DNA of 64,000 bases from Camelus ferus (Eukaryota), in contig NC_045696.1 of the NCBI RefSeq assembly GCF_009834535.1, forward strand, positions 27,964,001 to 28,028,000. Reading direction: 5' to 3'. Both the position numbers and the translations under genes were made by a program. Numbering within the stretch: position 1 is the stretch's first letter; each line of letters opens with the position of its first letter. The notes beneath the pieces are model-generated. The model had not been told where the DNA came from. It worked only from the letters and a program-made list of their open reading frames with translations, and searched no databases. Shown here piece by piece: positions 13,096-23,385 of the stretch.

Positions 13096-14633
13096 CTATG
13101 GATTTTTGAAGAAAGGCTTATAATCAATACTTTGGGTGAGCATTTTTACAGCAGGAGGCCATGAATTCTGTCTACAGAGCACAGGTGCCCTGCACATGAC
13201 TCTAATCCTCCAGCAACTCTTCTGGCCTTAATCACATACCAGAGTCTTTAGGCAGCTGTAGACTCATGGCACCTCTATGGGATTAGAAAGCCAAGAGGAG
13301 ACAAAGGCCCTAATCCTTAAAGAATGCAACATGTTTCTTGTAGTCCAGAAAGCAGAATCCTAAGGGCATCCCTGGTTAAACTTGAAATGCACTCTCAATT
13401 TATACATGGAATCCAGGTTGCATGTGTTAAGCTGCTTGACCAACTAGTTTTCTTTCCAGTTGTATGGCATAAACTCTTTAAATGAATAATATTTAATTAA
13501 ATTTCCATGAAAATACTGGAAGTTATTAACTATATATGTAAAAGGGATGATTATTATGGATCTAAGTATGAAGCCTATTAATATTCTATTTTAACAATGG
13601 GTCTCCTGGAATGCTAGGTGGATCTCCAAACTGTCTCCAGTCAAACTGAACACAAAATAAGATCCTTTCAAGCACAGTCATTTATGTCTTCCAATTTCAT
13701 TTCTTAATGGTGCTTTCCTTTATTTTGCTGGTTACGCATTTTTATCTATAATAGTAACCAGTTGTTCAGAGAATTCCATGTTGTTCTGCTTCAAACTTTA
13801 AAGCTGCCAACTTTTTGAATCCCTAAATAAGATACTATTTTAATAGCAAGTTAACATTTACTGTCAATGCCGGATACAGTGTACCTGTTCAGTGATTTGG
13901 AATTCATTTTAACCAATTCTTATGAAATACTATCATTATTTATCACCAATGTTCAAGTATGATAGTTTGCCAATTCCATTGTGACCCTGCTTTTATACTA
14001 TTTCTAAATACTTTAAATGATTTTGCTCAATGCAAACTGGGGAATCTTTTGTCAGAAGATATTTATATGCTCAAATTCTCCAAAGTCATAAGAAAATGTT
14101 TCTTCATACATCTAAATCTTCTTATATGAGAAAAGATTTAAAGTCCTGGATTGTTTCTTGGTGGAACAGAGGACTCTCATTATTTATCATACAAAAGTTA
14201 GTCCTTTTACTCCCCCATTAATTTTTCCTTTAGAAAATGACCGGCTTCCAAGAACTAACTACAACAATGATAACTAGGTTTCCCTTTCATTTTTCATCTG
14301 GTCATTTTTAAACAATCTTAGTTCTAGGCAGCTTATACATGTGATAATGAATTGGTGTTAGTATTGTCAATCTGCTTTGAAAGAAACCAGACTTGCCCCT
14401 AACTTTGAAAGTTGAGATCCACCCCGAATCCTCTCTAAAATTGTCCTTTATTTCTTTTTTCTGTGGCCAAAAGACTGTCTTTGCTGCTGAAAGCTATGAG
14501 AATATATTTGACAAAGTCTGTACTCTTTAAAGACATATATTTTATAAGAAAACAGATTTCAAAGTAATTCAGGCTATAATTACTAATATTTAAAACAATC
14601 TATGTTTCCTTTAAAGAAATAAAGGTTTTCAGA

Positions 14634-14723
14634 GGGGAGGGTACATAGCTCAGTGGTAGAGCGCATGCTTAGCTTGCATGAGGTCCTGGGTTCAATCCCT
14701 AATACCTCCATTAAAAAAAAAAA
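14634..14723 (+). mobile_element. tRNA-Ala(AGC)-derived SINE (camelid Vic-1-like), short form
   Basis: GGGGAGGGTACATAGCTCAGTGGTAGAGCGCATGCTTAGCTTGCATGAGGTCCTGGGTTCAATCCCTAATACCTCCA plus A tail. A box TAGCTCAGTGG, B box GGTTCAATCCC. Confidence 0.85.
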
Positions 14724-14905
14724 GAAATAGATTTATGCACTGGGAAACAAAAAGAACTGGTGTATAAGAAAACAAAAATGAAGTTTTCAATGTGATCATA
14801 CAAATGGCCATATTCATTTTATTTCAAAAACTGGTGTGTCACTTCTATTTTTATGGTATAATTATTTTCACTTGTATTTCAGCTATTATTCTCTTTAGAT
14901 TTCTT

Positions 14906-15002
14906 CTTTTGTCTGTTTTGTTTTGTTTTTACTGAAGAATAGTCAGTTACAATGTGTCAATTTCTGGTGTACAGCACAATGTTTCAATCTTACATATACA
15001 TA
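14906..15002 (-). mobile_element. Severely 5'-truncated lineage-specific L1 3' end with TSD
   Basis: T-rich tail, then actgaagaatagtcagttacaatgtgtcaatttctggtgtacagcac. It is flanked by ctctttagatttctt (14891-14905) and ctcttcagatttctt (15003-15017), 14/15 identical. Confidence 0.8.
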
Positions 15003-15399
15003 CTCTTCAGATTTCTTAATAGACAAATAACACCGACTGAAGCCGAATAAGATTGCTCCTTTAAATTCTAATGACAAAGAGATCAGTATAGCTCATTTCA
15101 CAAGTTAAATGAGCTAGTTTTATTTAAGAGTAAAATGAAGCTCAATTATTATTGCTTAAAAAGATTTCTATGAGCTAACACATTAAATCTGTAGTTAGGG
15201 GGCCTGATGTTCCCCCATAATTTGTAGATTCAGTTAGATCTTTGTGTGTCTTTCTCAACAGGTTAGGCACTGAAGTAACGAAGTACCTGAGATGTTAGGT
15301 ACTTATGAGGGACTGATGGCATATTGAATGACTACATGGCCAGAAACACGTTAATTCACTTAAAAAGTGGTTTATGAAATAACACAGAGGAATAAATTA

Positions 15400-15570
15400 C
15401 TACTATTTACATTAGTTTGGTGTCAATATCCACCTTTCTGAAGGGCATTGGGAATAGTATATTTTTCAAGGGTATTGATTAGCCTATATCCAGAGGAAGG
15501 TGGTCAGAATGAATAGGAGGGTGGAAACCATAATATGAAAAAAAAAATCAAGGGCTGGGAATCACTTTGC

Positions 15571-15614
<44 letters not shown>

Positions 15615-15853
15615 TAATAAAAACAGCTAAATATTTGAAGGCATGGCTCATGGCAAAGACACATGGCCCTGGAAGGAAAAAATGCAATAATTACCTGAAG
15701 GCAAAAGTTCACTCTGTGAATAAGTTAGAGCTGCTCTGAAACAGGAGGAACGTCTCTGCAACAGCACAGCCCCTAGAAGTGAGCAAGCCGATCCCAGGGC
15801 AAGGGTTTTGCAGTGGATACTGACTGGGAGAACCTCGGGGAGACCATGATTCT
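15400..15853 (+). mobile_element. L3/CR1 3' fragment containing an A38 run (15573-15610)
   Basis: tccagaggaaggtggtcagaatgaataggagggtggaaaccataatatga...aaatatttgaaggc...ttagagctgctctg...atgattcta is colinear with the L3 3' end. Confidence 0.65.
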
Positions 15854-16159
15854 AAACTTTCCTTTGTTACTTTGGCACCAGCACAAACAAACAAAGGATT
15901 GATTGCATTCCCATTATATGTCTCCAGCTGCACTAAGCACATTTGGAAGCAAAATCTGGACTCTGTTATTTCTATAAGTTTACAACATTGATTAAAAGAC
16001 AAGCCTAGAAATCATAAAACAAATACACAATCATAAAATCCATTTAAATGGCAGATTAAAAATTCCATGCAAAAAGGACTCCACTGATTTTACTCCATGT
16101 TGTAGCCCCAGCACCTACAGTGCTTAATGCTAAGTACATTCTTTCTTTATTTAACAAAT

Positions 16160-16361
16160 AGTCATATTATGTCAGAAACTAGTCTGAGGTAACTAGAAAT
16201 CATAATTGCTCACTTAATGCTTTTAGCAATCCTATGAAAAGTGTGCTGTAATAATTCATATTTCATACTTGAGACTACTGAGGCACAGAGAGGTTAAGTG
16301 ACTTTTCCAAGTCACAGGGCACAATGGAATTTGAACAGTGGCTCAAAGTCCTTGCTGTAAC
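16160..16361 (-). mobile_element. MIR SINE
   Basis: actgaggcacagagaggttaagtgacttttccaagtcacag is the MIR core. Confidence 0.8.
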
Positions 16362-16536
16362 AGCTTCTTTGCCCTTTAATTCATATAAATTAAATACATT
16401 AATTATTAGAGGTAATTCATATGTAGTGAAGAGAAAGATATCTTTCCTTAGGTGTCAAGGGTGATAAAGGAAATAAAACTCGAGACTGGAGAGAATCTAC
16501 AAAGTAGAGCCAAAATAGGAGGATGAAGGAAAACAG

Positions 16537-16820
16537 CATTCATTCATTTATTTATTGAGCACCAAAATAATCACATACTGTACGAAGCACTGGAAAAATA
16601 TGAGAAAGACTAAGAACAGTTCCTGCCTCCAAGGAGGAAGTATGTAGGAAGAACCTGGTATTGGATTCGGACAGACCTTGATTAAACCTATTTCAGTCTT
16701 TCACTGACTAAGCCTGGGGAAGCCCTGAGCTTCACTGAAATCAGTCTGGGCTGTTCTGAGGTTTAAAGAAGATAATTTAACAAAGATAATTTAAAGTATA
16801 GGAGTACAATAAATGTTAAT
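16537..16820. mobile_element. L2 3' tail (minus, ~16537-16635) followed by a MIR fragment (plus)
   Basis: cattcattcatttatttattgagcacc...cagttcctgcctccaagga, then ggattcggacagaccttg...gggctgttctgaggtttaaagaagataat. Confidence 0.55.
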
Positions 16821-17760
16821 TACCTTGACCTTTCTCTCTGCTTCAAAGGAGTATTATGAACACTGTATGCAATTACGCAAGTAAATTTCAAAAAAGATAT
16901 TTGGTACTTAGCAAGCATTTATAATCTACTTTCAAACATACTTAAGAGACAAAATGGTGAAACAAAGATCCCTCAGTCCATGCAGATGGGCCAACTTGGG
17001 GATCAGCCTGGTTAACAGTGGTAGATTCGTGTTGGAATATAATGAGACGTATGTTTAGACAAGAGAGAAAGAATAGTTTGTTTACAAAGAATTTAGAAAG
17101 ACTGTAAAGAATAAGTCATCAAGGAAAGTTATTGAAAATTATACAGCAGGAAAATTAACTGGCAAGAAAAAGATTAATTGGGCAGCAACATACAGAATGA
17201 ATTGAATTTTCTATAAACTGTAATAATGAGAAGTAACTAAGTTTCATTGCAGAAAATAAAAAGTGAATTAATTAGTTAAGAGGCCAGGATAGTGGCCGGG
17301 CTATAAGAAACAAACAAACAAACCAAGGAAAAACAACAACAACCAAACAATTGCCAAAAAAAAAATCAAAATTCAAGAAGAGGGATTGCTATGGGTTTTC
17401 CCTAATTCCTGAATGACGTCAAACACTTGATTCACAAACATGGAAAAGAAAAGTAGGTACAACATGCATGTACATCATGAGTTTGAAGTGAAAAACAGCA
17501 ACCAGACTTGAATCTCAGCTCCACTACACAATGCAGTGTGCTTGACTACTGTTAGTTTACTCTTCTTATTTATGAAATAGAGAAAATAACTTGGCATAAC
17601 TGTTGAAGAATATTTTAAAAAAATATACACCTAGCACTATTAAAGATAATTAGTGCTTTATGCATTTTGATAACTTGTGTTACATGTTGGCCAATCTACT
17701 CTGAAACAGAAGAGTTTTTAATACAAAGTTACAACAATTTGAACTAATAAGAATATTTTC

Positions 17761-18106
17761 AGAATGGCTATCATCAAAAAGACCACAAATAACAAATGTC
17801 AAGGATGTAGATAAAAGAGAGCCTTCACATACTGTTGGTGGGAATGGAAATTGGTAGAGTCACTAAGGAAAACAGTATGGAGGTTTTCAGAAAAAACTAA
17901 AACTAGGACTACTGTATGACCCAGTAACTCCACACCTGGGTGTAAATGTCAGAAAAAAAAATGAAAAAATGAAAAAAATGAAAACAAAATTAAAAAGATA
18001 CACGCACCCTTATATTCATAGCAGCATTATTTATAATTGCCAAGATATGAAAGCATCCTAAATGTCCATCAACAGATGAATGGATAAAGATGTGGCATAT
18101 ATGTAA

Positions 18107-18166
<60 letters not shown>

Positions 18167-18686
18167 ATGTGTGTATATATATGTATATATGTATGTGTAT
18201 ATGTATATACATATATACAAACACACAATATAATACTACTCAGCCATTAAAAAAAAAAGAATGAAATTTTGCCATTTGCAATAACATGGATGGACATGGG
18301 GGACATTATACTAAGTGAAATGAGTCAGACTGAGAAAGAAAATACTGTATGATATCACTTATATGTGGAATACAAAAAAATAAAATAAAACTAACTAGTG
18401 AATGTAACACGAAAGAAATAGACCCACAGATGTAGAAAATAAACTAGTGCTTATCAGTGGGGAGAAGGAAGGGCAATATAGGGATAGGGGATTAAGAGGT
18501 ACAAACTATGACATAAAACAAATGAGCTATACGGATAAATAGTACAGTAAAGGGAATATAGCCAATCTTCTATACTAACTATAAATGAAATATAACTTTA
18601 AAAAGTTGTGAATCACTGTGTTATACACTTGAAATTTGTATGTTATACATCAACTATACCTCAATAAAAATCAATTAAAAAATAAA
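17761..18686 (+). mobile_element. LINE-1 3' fragment (artiodactyl/L1MA-type ORF2 end + 3'UTR)
   Basis: agaatggctatcatcaaaaagacc...actgttggtgggaatg...aacagtatggagg...aaatgtccatcaacagatgaatggataaag...gccatttgcaataacatggatggac...aataaaaa tail. Confidence 0.92.
18107..18228. repeat. Compound (TA)n(CA)n microsatellite inside the L1
   Basis: TA run 18107-18120, AC run 18121-18163, then degenerate TA/TG. Confidence 0.9.
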
Positions 18687-18894
18687 TTTTCCTTTCTTTA
18701 TACAACAAAACAAACATGCCAGCACCTGTATATTCTATATTTGTGTGTATACACACACACACACACACTTTCTGGGCTTCAAAGTACTGGCATTTCTGTT
18801 TCACTGTGTAAAGGAAGAAAAACTTCATATATACTATACCTATGTCTCTCTCTCTCTTTCTACTGGCCATTTAAAATTTGGTCATTTAGAATAG

Positions 18895-19520
18895 GACATA
18901 CATAAAAAGCATCCATGATGTGGAGGGATCTGGCAACACTGAACTATGAGAATTAAAAAAAAACTTTAAAATGTTTTTCAGGGAAAATTAGAAAATTGAT
19001 GAGGATAGCTATCTTCAAGAATTTAATAGAAAATTAGAATAAAATGGCATTAATTTACTCTGTGTATACTGGAGAATGTTTGGAACATTGAACAGAAATG
19101 ACAAGGAGATTATATTTATTATTATATTTCCTTTAATTTAACATTTATATAATATTTCTGCTTTCATTTACATTTTCTAAGATTATTAAATATTTTAATA
19201 TGTTTTTGTTTGTTGCTTATTCATATCTTTCATCTACAAAACTAAACTATCATCTTAGTCTTCATTCACTTAAAATATATAATACAGATTAAAAATCTAG
19301 TGTTAGTGTTTATGAGAGATCATGCTTTAAAACATATTTTTAATTTATATGGAATCAGATATGTTATTAATTCATTTGATTTATTAAACTAAAAAGGATG
19401 TTAAAGATTTGTTCATAACAAGATTATGTTAAAATATTATCCTATTGGGTTGTATTGGTGGTGATGTGTTCATGGGGGAATTGGAGATTAATTGAATTCA
19501 GTGGATGATTGTTTGAAATG
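18895..19520 (+). mobile_element. Decayed L3/CR1 fragment(s)
   Basis: ccatgatgtggagggatctggcaacac...tatgag...gatagctatcttcaag...ttactctgtgt follows the L3 3' region. Confidence 0.5.
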
Positions 19521-20224
19521 CTCTGCTCTTATAAAAAGTTATTTGAAAAATAATTAAAATTAAAAACTAAAATTAAACGTTTTCTTTTACTATGATTTTC
19601 TGAATTTATATACCATATATTGAGTCTTTTTTGTCACAGTTAAAAATCTAGGCAGAAAGAAACACTGAGCAGAAGGCTTGTTCCCAAATGAATATATGGG
19701 AATTATATTCTAAAGACAAAACCAATCATCAGAAATGACCTGATTAATATGTACTTTCCTCCCTCAAACTCTTTGGACAGTTTCCTCAAATCCTGCCCAA
19801 TTTCATACTTTCTGGTTTTTGGGAGATGGAGATCCTGAGGGATCCAGGAAACGGCCAATATTAGAACCACCCAGGAGTCTGACATCTCTGCAGGTTTATT
19901 TAAGAATCTAAGTATAATCCTTGATTTATCCAATGATAGATATGAATTCTAGTTTATGACTGAGTGTGAATTATTCTTCTAACAGGAAAGTACCTACTTT
20001 ATACTGGTCATTTATACTTTATATATTTATACATAATACCAACATATTAAAAGAGTAGTAATTGAACTAGAATTAAAGGCTCTATGCATTGATGAAAGAA
20101 GGGTCCTAATTTTTAAGACACTTTAAGCTGTAGGAGTTGGTGACGCCCTTAAGCAAAGGAAAACAGTATAAACTTGTTATTCTAAATTCCAAACTGTAAT
20201 TTACAGTAAACTTGAAAAATAATT

Positions 20225-20560
20225 ATGGTCGAATTCAATTAAATTACAATTTACAGAGCCCCTATTTTGTGCCTGGCTTTTAGTTACAAGGACTACAGAT
20301 AGGAGACGATGGTTCCTGCTCAAAGTTAGTCTGTCTGGAGAAGACATTGTTCAACAAAGAAATGTAATGATTAGGGTCTGATGGCCTAGAGCATATGGTC
20401 AGTCGCCTATTCTAGTGTAGGGATTATTGAGAGTGTCCTTAAAAAAGTAACTTTCAAACAAAAATCTAAAGGAATATGAAGAATTAGCAAGATTAGGGAA
20501 AGGTACTGGGGAGTGGGAATAGACATGGAAGTGTGTTCAAGGCATAGTTGACAACAATAT
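20225..20560 (-). mobile_element. L2 3' fragment
   Basis: atttacagagcccctattttgtgcctggc...atggttcctgctcaaag...tctaaaggaatatgaagaattagc. Confidence 0.55.
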
Positions 20561-20582
20561 AGAACACAAACTTATTTCTCTG

Positions 20583-20864
20583 TGTAGTGGGTTGAATTAT
20601 GTCTCTCCACCCCCCAAAAGATATGTCCAAGTCCTAAATCTGGTTACCTGTGAATGGGACCTTGTTGGAAATAGATTCTTTGCAAATGTAATTAAATTAG
20701 AAGCATTCTGTCTTTGAAGGGAGCCTTATATCCAATGATTGATCCCTTGATAAGAAAAAGTAGGAGATTTGAGATACACAGACACAACAGGCACAGAGAG
20801 AAAAAGTCCATGTGAAGGCAAAGGCAAAGGTTAAAGTTAGGCAGCCCCAAGCCAAGGAATGCCA
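20583..20864 (+). mobile_element. MaLR LTR 5' half, MLT1C-like
   Basis: tgtagtgggttgaattatgtc...aaagatatgtccaagtcctaa...tacctgtgaatgggacctt...ccatgtgaaggc...caagccaaggaatgcca. Confidence 0.8.
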
Positions 20865-20928
20865 AAAGTGAAAATCTACAAAAGCTGACTCTTCAGGCTG
20901 TAGTAATGTCTGCATTTTTATATGATTC

Positions 20929-21090
20929 TGACACTGAACAAGCTCTTTCCCTTTGATATTCCTCAGTTCCCTCATTTCTAAAATGGAGGTAATAATAGTA
21001 TCAATCTCAGATGTTTAGGTGAGGATTGAATGAAAACACAAATGCAAATTTCTTAAAGGAGCACATGGTGACTGCTCAATGAGTGTTAGG
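20929..21090 (+). mobile_element. MIR SINE
   Basis: cctcagttccctcatttctaaaatggaggtaataatagta...gtgaggattgaatga. Confidence 0.8.
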
Positions 21091-21204
21091 TAGTCTTCTA
21101 ATAAAATATCTCCAAATCAAATGCTCTGCTCTAAGAAACAGCACATGGAGTGTTTCAAATATTTTGTTTATTTTATGCTTGGTGCTAAGCTAGATTTACA
21201 GACT

Positions 21205-21395
21205 GTTTCTTGGAACACAAAAAAATCTGTGATTCAAATAAGTTTGGGAAGCACAACCCACCACAACCCTTGAAGATTTAGGATGCACACTGGTATTAAA
21301 ATACTCCTTAAATTTGTTTAAACTAGCGTCTTCCAAATTTATCTGACTACAAAACTTCTTCAACGAAAGAGGTCATTAACACCTTGACACTAGTC
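21205..21395. mobile_element. MER103C-like hAT-Charlie element
   Basis: ctgtgattcaaataagtttgggaag ... agcgtcttccaaatttatctgactac forms the internal inverted pair typical of MER103. Confidence 0.55.
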
Positions 21396-22084
21396 TAGGA
21401 AATCAGAAGATTCGATTCTTGTGAAGCTCTGCTCTTTAATCACTAGATGGTTTTGGACAAACTTTCACCAGTAGGAAAACTGGGGGAAATAATACCCACT
21501 GGAATTGTCTCACTCAGCGCAGTGTGTCTAACAGTGTAAGTGGATCATTTTTCATCTCTCTCTTTTTTCTACACAATGAACATGTTTTCAGTAATAATCA
21601 TGAAATGAATAAATACTCTAAGGGAATGACAGAATTGGAGTAACTCAAGTTCTTTTTTTTTTTTTTTTTTTTTTATCTCTAGCCCCACTAAGCTACCAGT
21701 GTTTACATCAAATCGACTTTTAAATGCAAGAATGTTTAGGATCATAGGGGTCAGAATCATGAACAGTTGCCAAAGTAAGCTTGGACGTTTCTGATCTATT
21801 ACATACTTTATCTTGAAATGAACACATGCAGCTTAATCTGCATGTAGATGAGACTGGTTGTGTTAGGGTTCTAACTCTGTAACTGGGAGTTTTCGTATTA
21901 ATTTCCATGTTGAATAAAATGTCTATTAAAAGGTAAAATAAAAATTTGCTAATTTTTAGCTTCCATATATATTATTAAAACTCAGTGGTGTTCAAATAAC
22001 TCATAATGAAGAAAATCCCTCAGTTATCCACGAAGCCACAGAGAGACAAGAACACAAGCCATTATAATCATAGATAAAAATTAC

Positions 22085-22141
22085 AGAGGAAAAGCTGTTT
22101 TAAGTAGATTTCAATATATAACTAGGGTATAATTTTTCATT
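22085..22141 (+). repeat. 57-bp direct repeat, copy 1
   Basis: agaggaaaagctgttttaagtagatttcaatatataactagggtataatttttcatt, identical to 23329-23385. Confidence 0.95.
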
Positions 22142-22489
22142 AGAACTTAGAACAAAAAATATTTTTGGAAGAGTCTATTTTGGAATATTTTATTCTTATA
22201 TTGTTTAAAATCATCAAAGTATGGGGGTAATAGAAAATTGGATTGTTTTTAATCAGTTATAGTTTTGTTTTTTAATTTTCTACAGAAAATGCTCTGCCTA
22301 ATTGCATGTACCAGATGTGGACCTTGCTGCGGCCCTTCCCACTAGTCTCACCAAAAGCTTTAAAAAGAAAGACACACAGTGTTCATGAAAGTTCTTTGTA
22401 AACTTTCGAGTACAACAGAAAGGTAAGGCATCATTGTTAAGGGTCTAAAATCTCCACAGTCAGAATTTACTAGAGGGTTGGCTCTTTTA

Positions 22490-22993
22490 CCAGAGGGTTA
22501 CATATCTTTTGAACCAAAAACCTCTTTGGAAGATTAGTGAAGCTTATGGGTCCCCTTTTCAGAATATTATTTTAAAGCATAAAATAAAATACATATGATT
22601 AAAGTCAGACTGAAATTTGCTAATAAAAACATTTCTAAAAACCTCTGATATGGTAATTCATGTGCCCCCTTACCTACATGTTATATAATACGATCCAGTT
22701 GCAGATAGTCAAACTGCCATGATTTTGAAGTACTGAGAAATAAAAATGAGATTTTTACACATTTACAGCAACTGCAATATAATAAAAAATAATCAGCTTT
22801 TATTGGTGACAAAGTCACTGGTATTACTAACATTTCTGTGGTTTGACATTAATTACATTCACAATTGGAAAAATGCTATATTTCAATAAAAGTATATAGA
22901 AATAAAGATGTATCCTTTCTCCAATTTAAGTTCACAAATTATCCAAATTCAGAGAACTTTTAGAGGTCTATGAATCCCATATAATACTTTCTG
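22490..22993 (+). mobile_element. Charlie4-like hAT DNA transposon relic
   Basis: gtgaagcttatgggtcccc...cagaatattattttaaagcataaaataaaatacata...tattggtgacaaagtcac...aataaagatgta...aagttcac. Confidence 0.6.
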
Positions 22994-23328
22994 AGTAGGT
23001 TACATTGAGCTTGAAAGCTTCCAAACTTCTCTTTTCTTCTTACCATTGACTCTATATTTTCAATCGGGAAGTTCCCACTAAGGAGCTTGTAAATCTCTCA
23101 TTTTTGAAATAATGAACTTAGGTACAGGGAGGATTTGTGAGTGGTAAGCAGTAAGTCCCAGAACATCATACTTTCTTGTTTATTAGATGCAGATAAGAGA
23201 TGGCTTGTGATACCCATGAGTATGCTGTTAAAAAACATTTTCCCTAGAGAACTGAAAAAAGAAGACCTAACAAGTGAGAAGGGATACAAGGATGAACATG
23301 TTAGAGGTTCCACAAGCTAGCATGGGTG

Positions 23329-23385
23329 AGAGGAAAAGCTGTTTTAAGTAGATTTCAATATATAACTAGGGTATAATTTTTCATT
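23329..23385 (+). repeat. 57-bp direct repeat, copy 2
   Basis: Identical to 22085-22141. Confidence 0.95.

Noticed and set aside
14634..14710. Functional tRNA-Ala(AGC) gene
   Set aside because: It has extra 5' bases, a damaged T-stem (CTGGG/CCTAA) and a poly(A) tail. The sister copy at 36538 has a TSD and a SINE tail.
15280..15303. Hairpin aagtacctga-gatg-ttaggtactt (also short palindromes near 27370 and 37226)
   Set aside because: Stems of 8-12 bp are expected by chance in AT-rich 64 kb, and none has pre-miRNA length.
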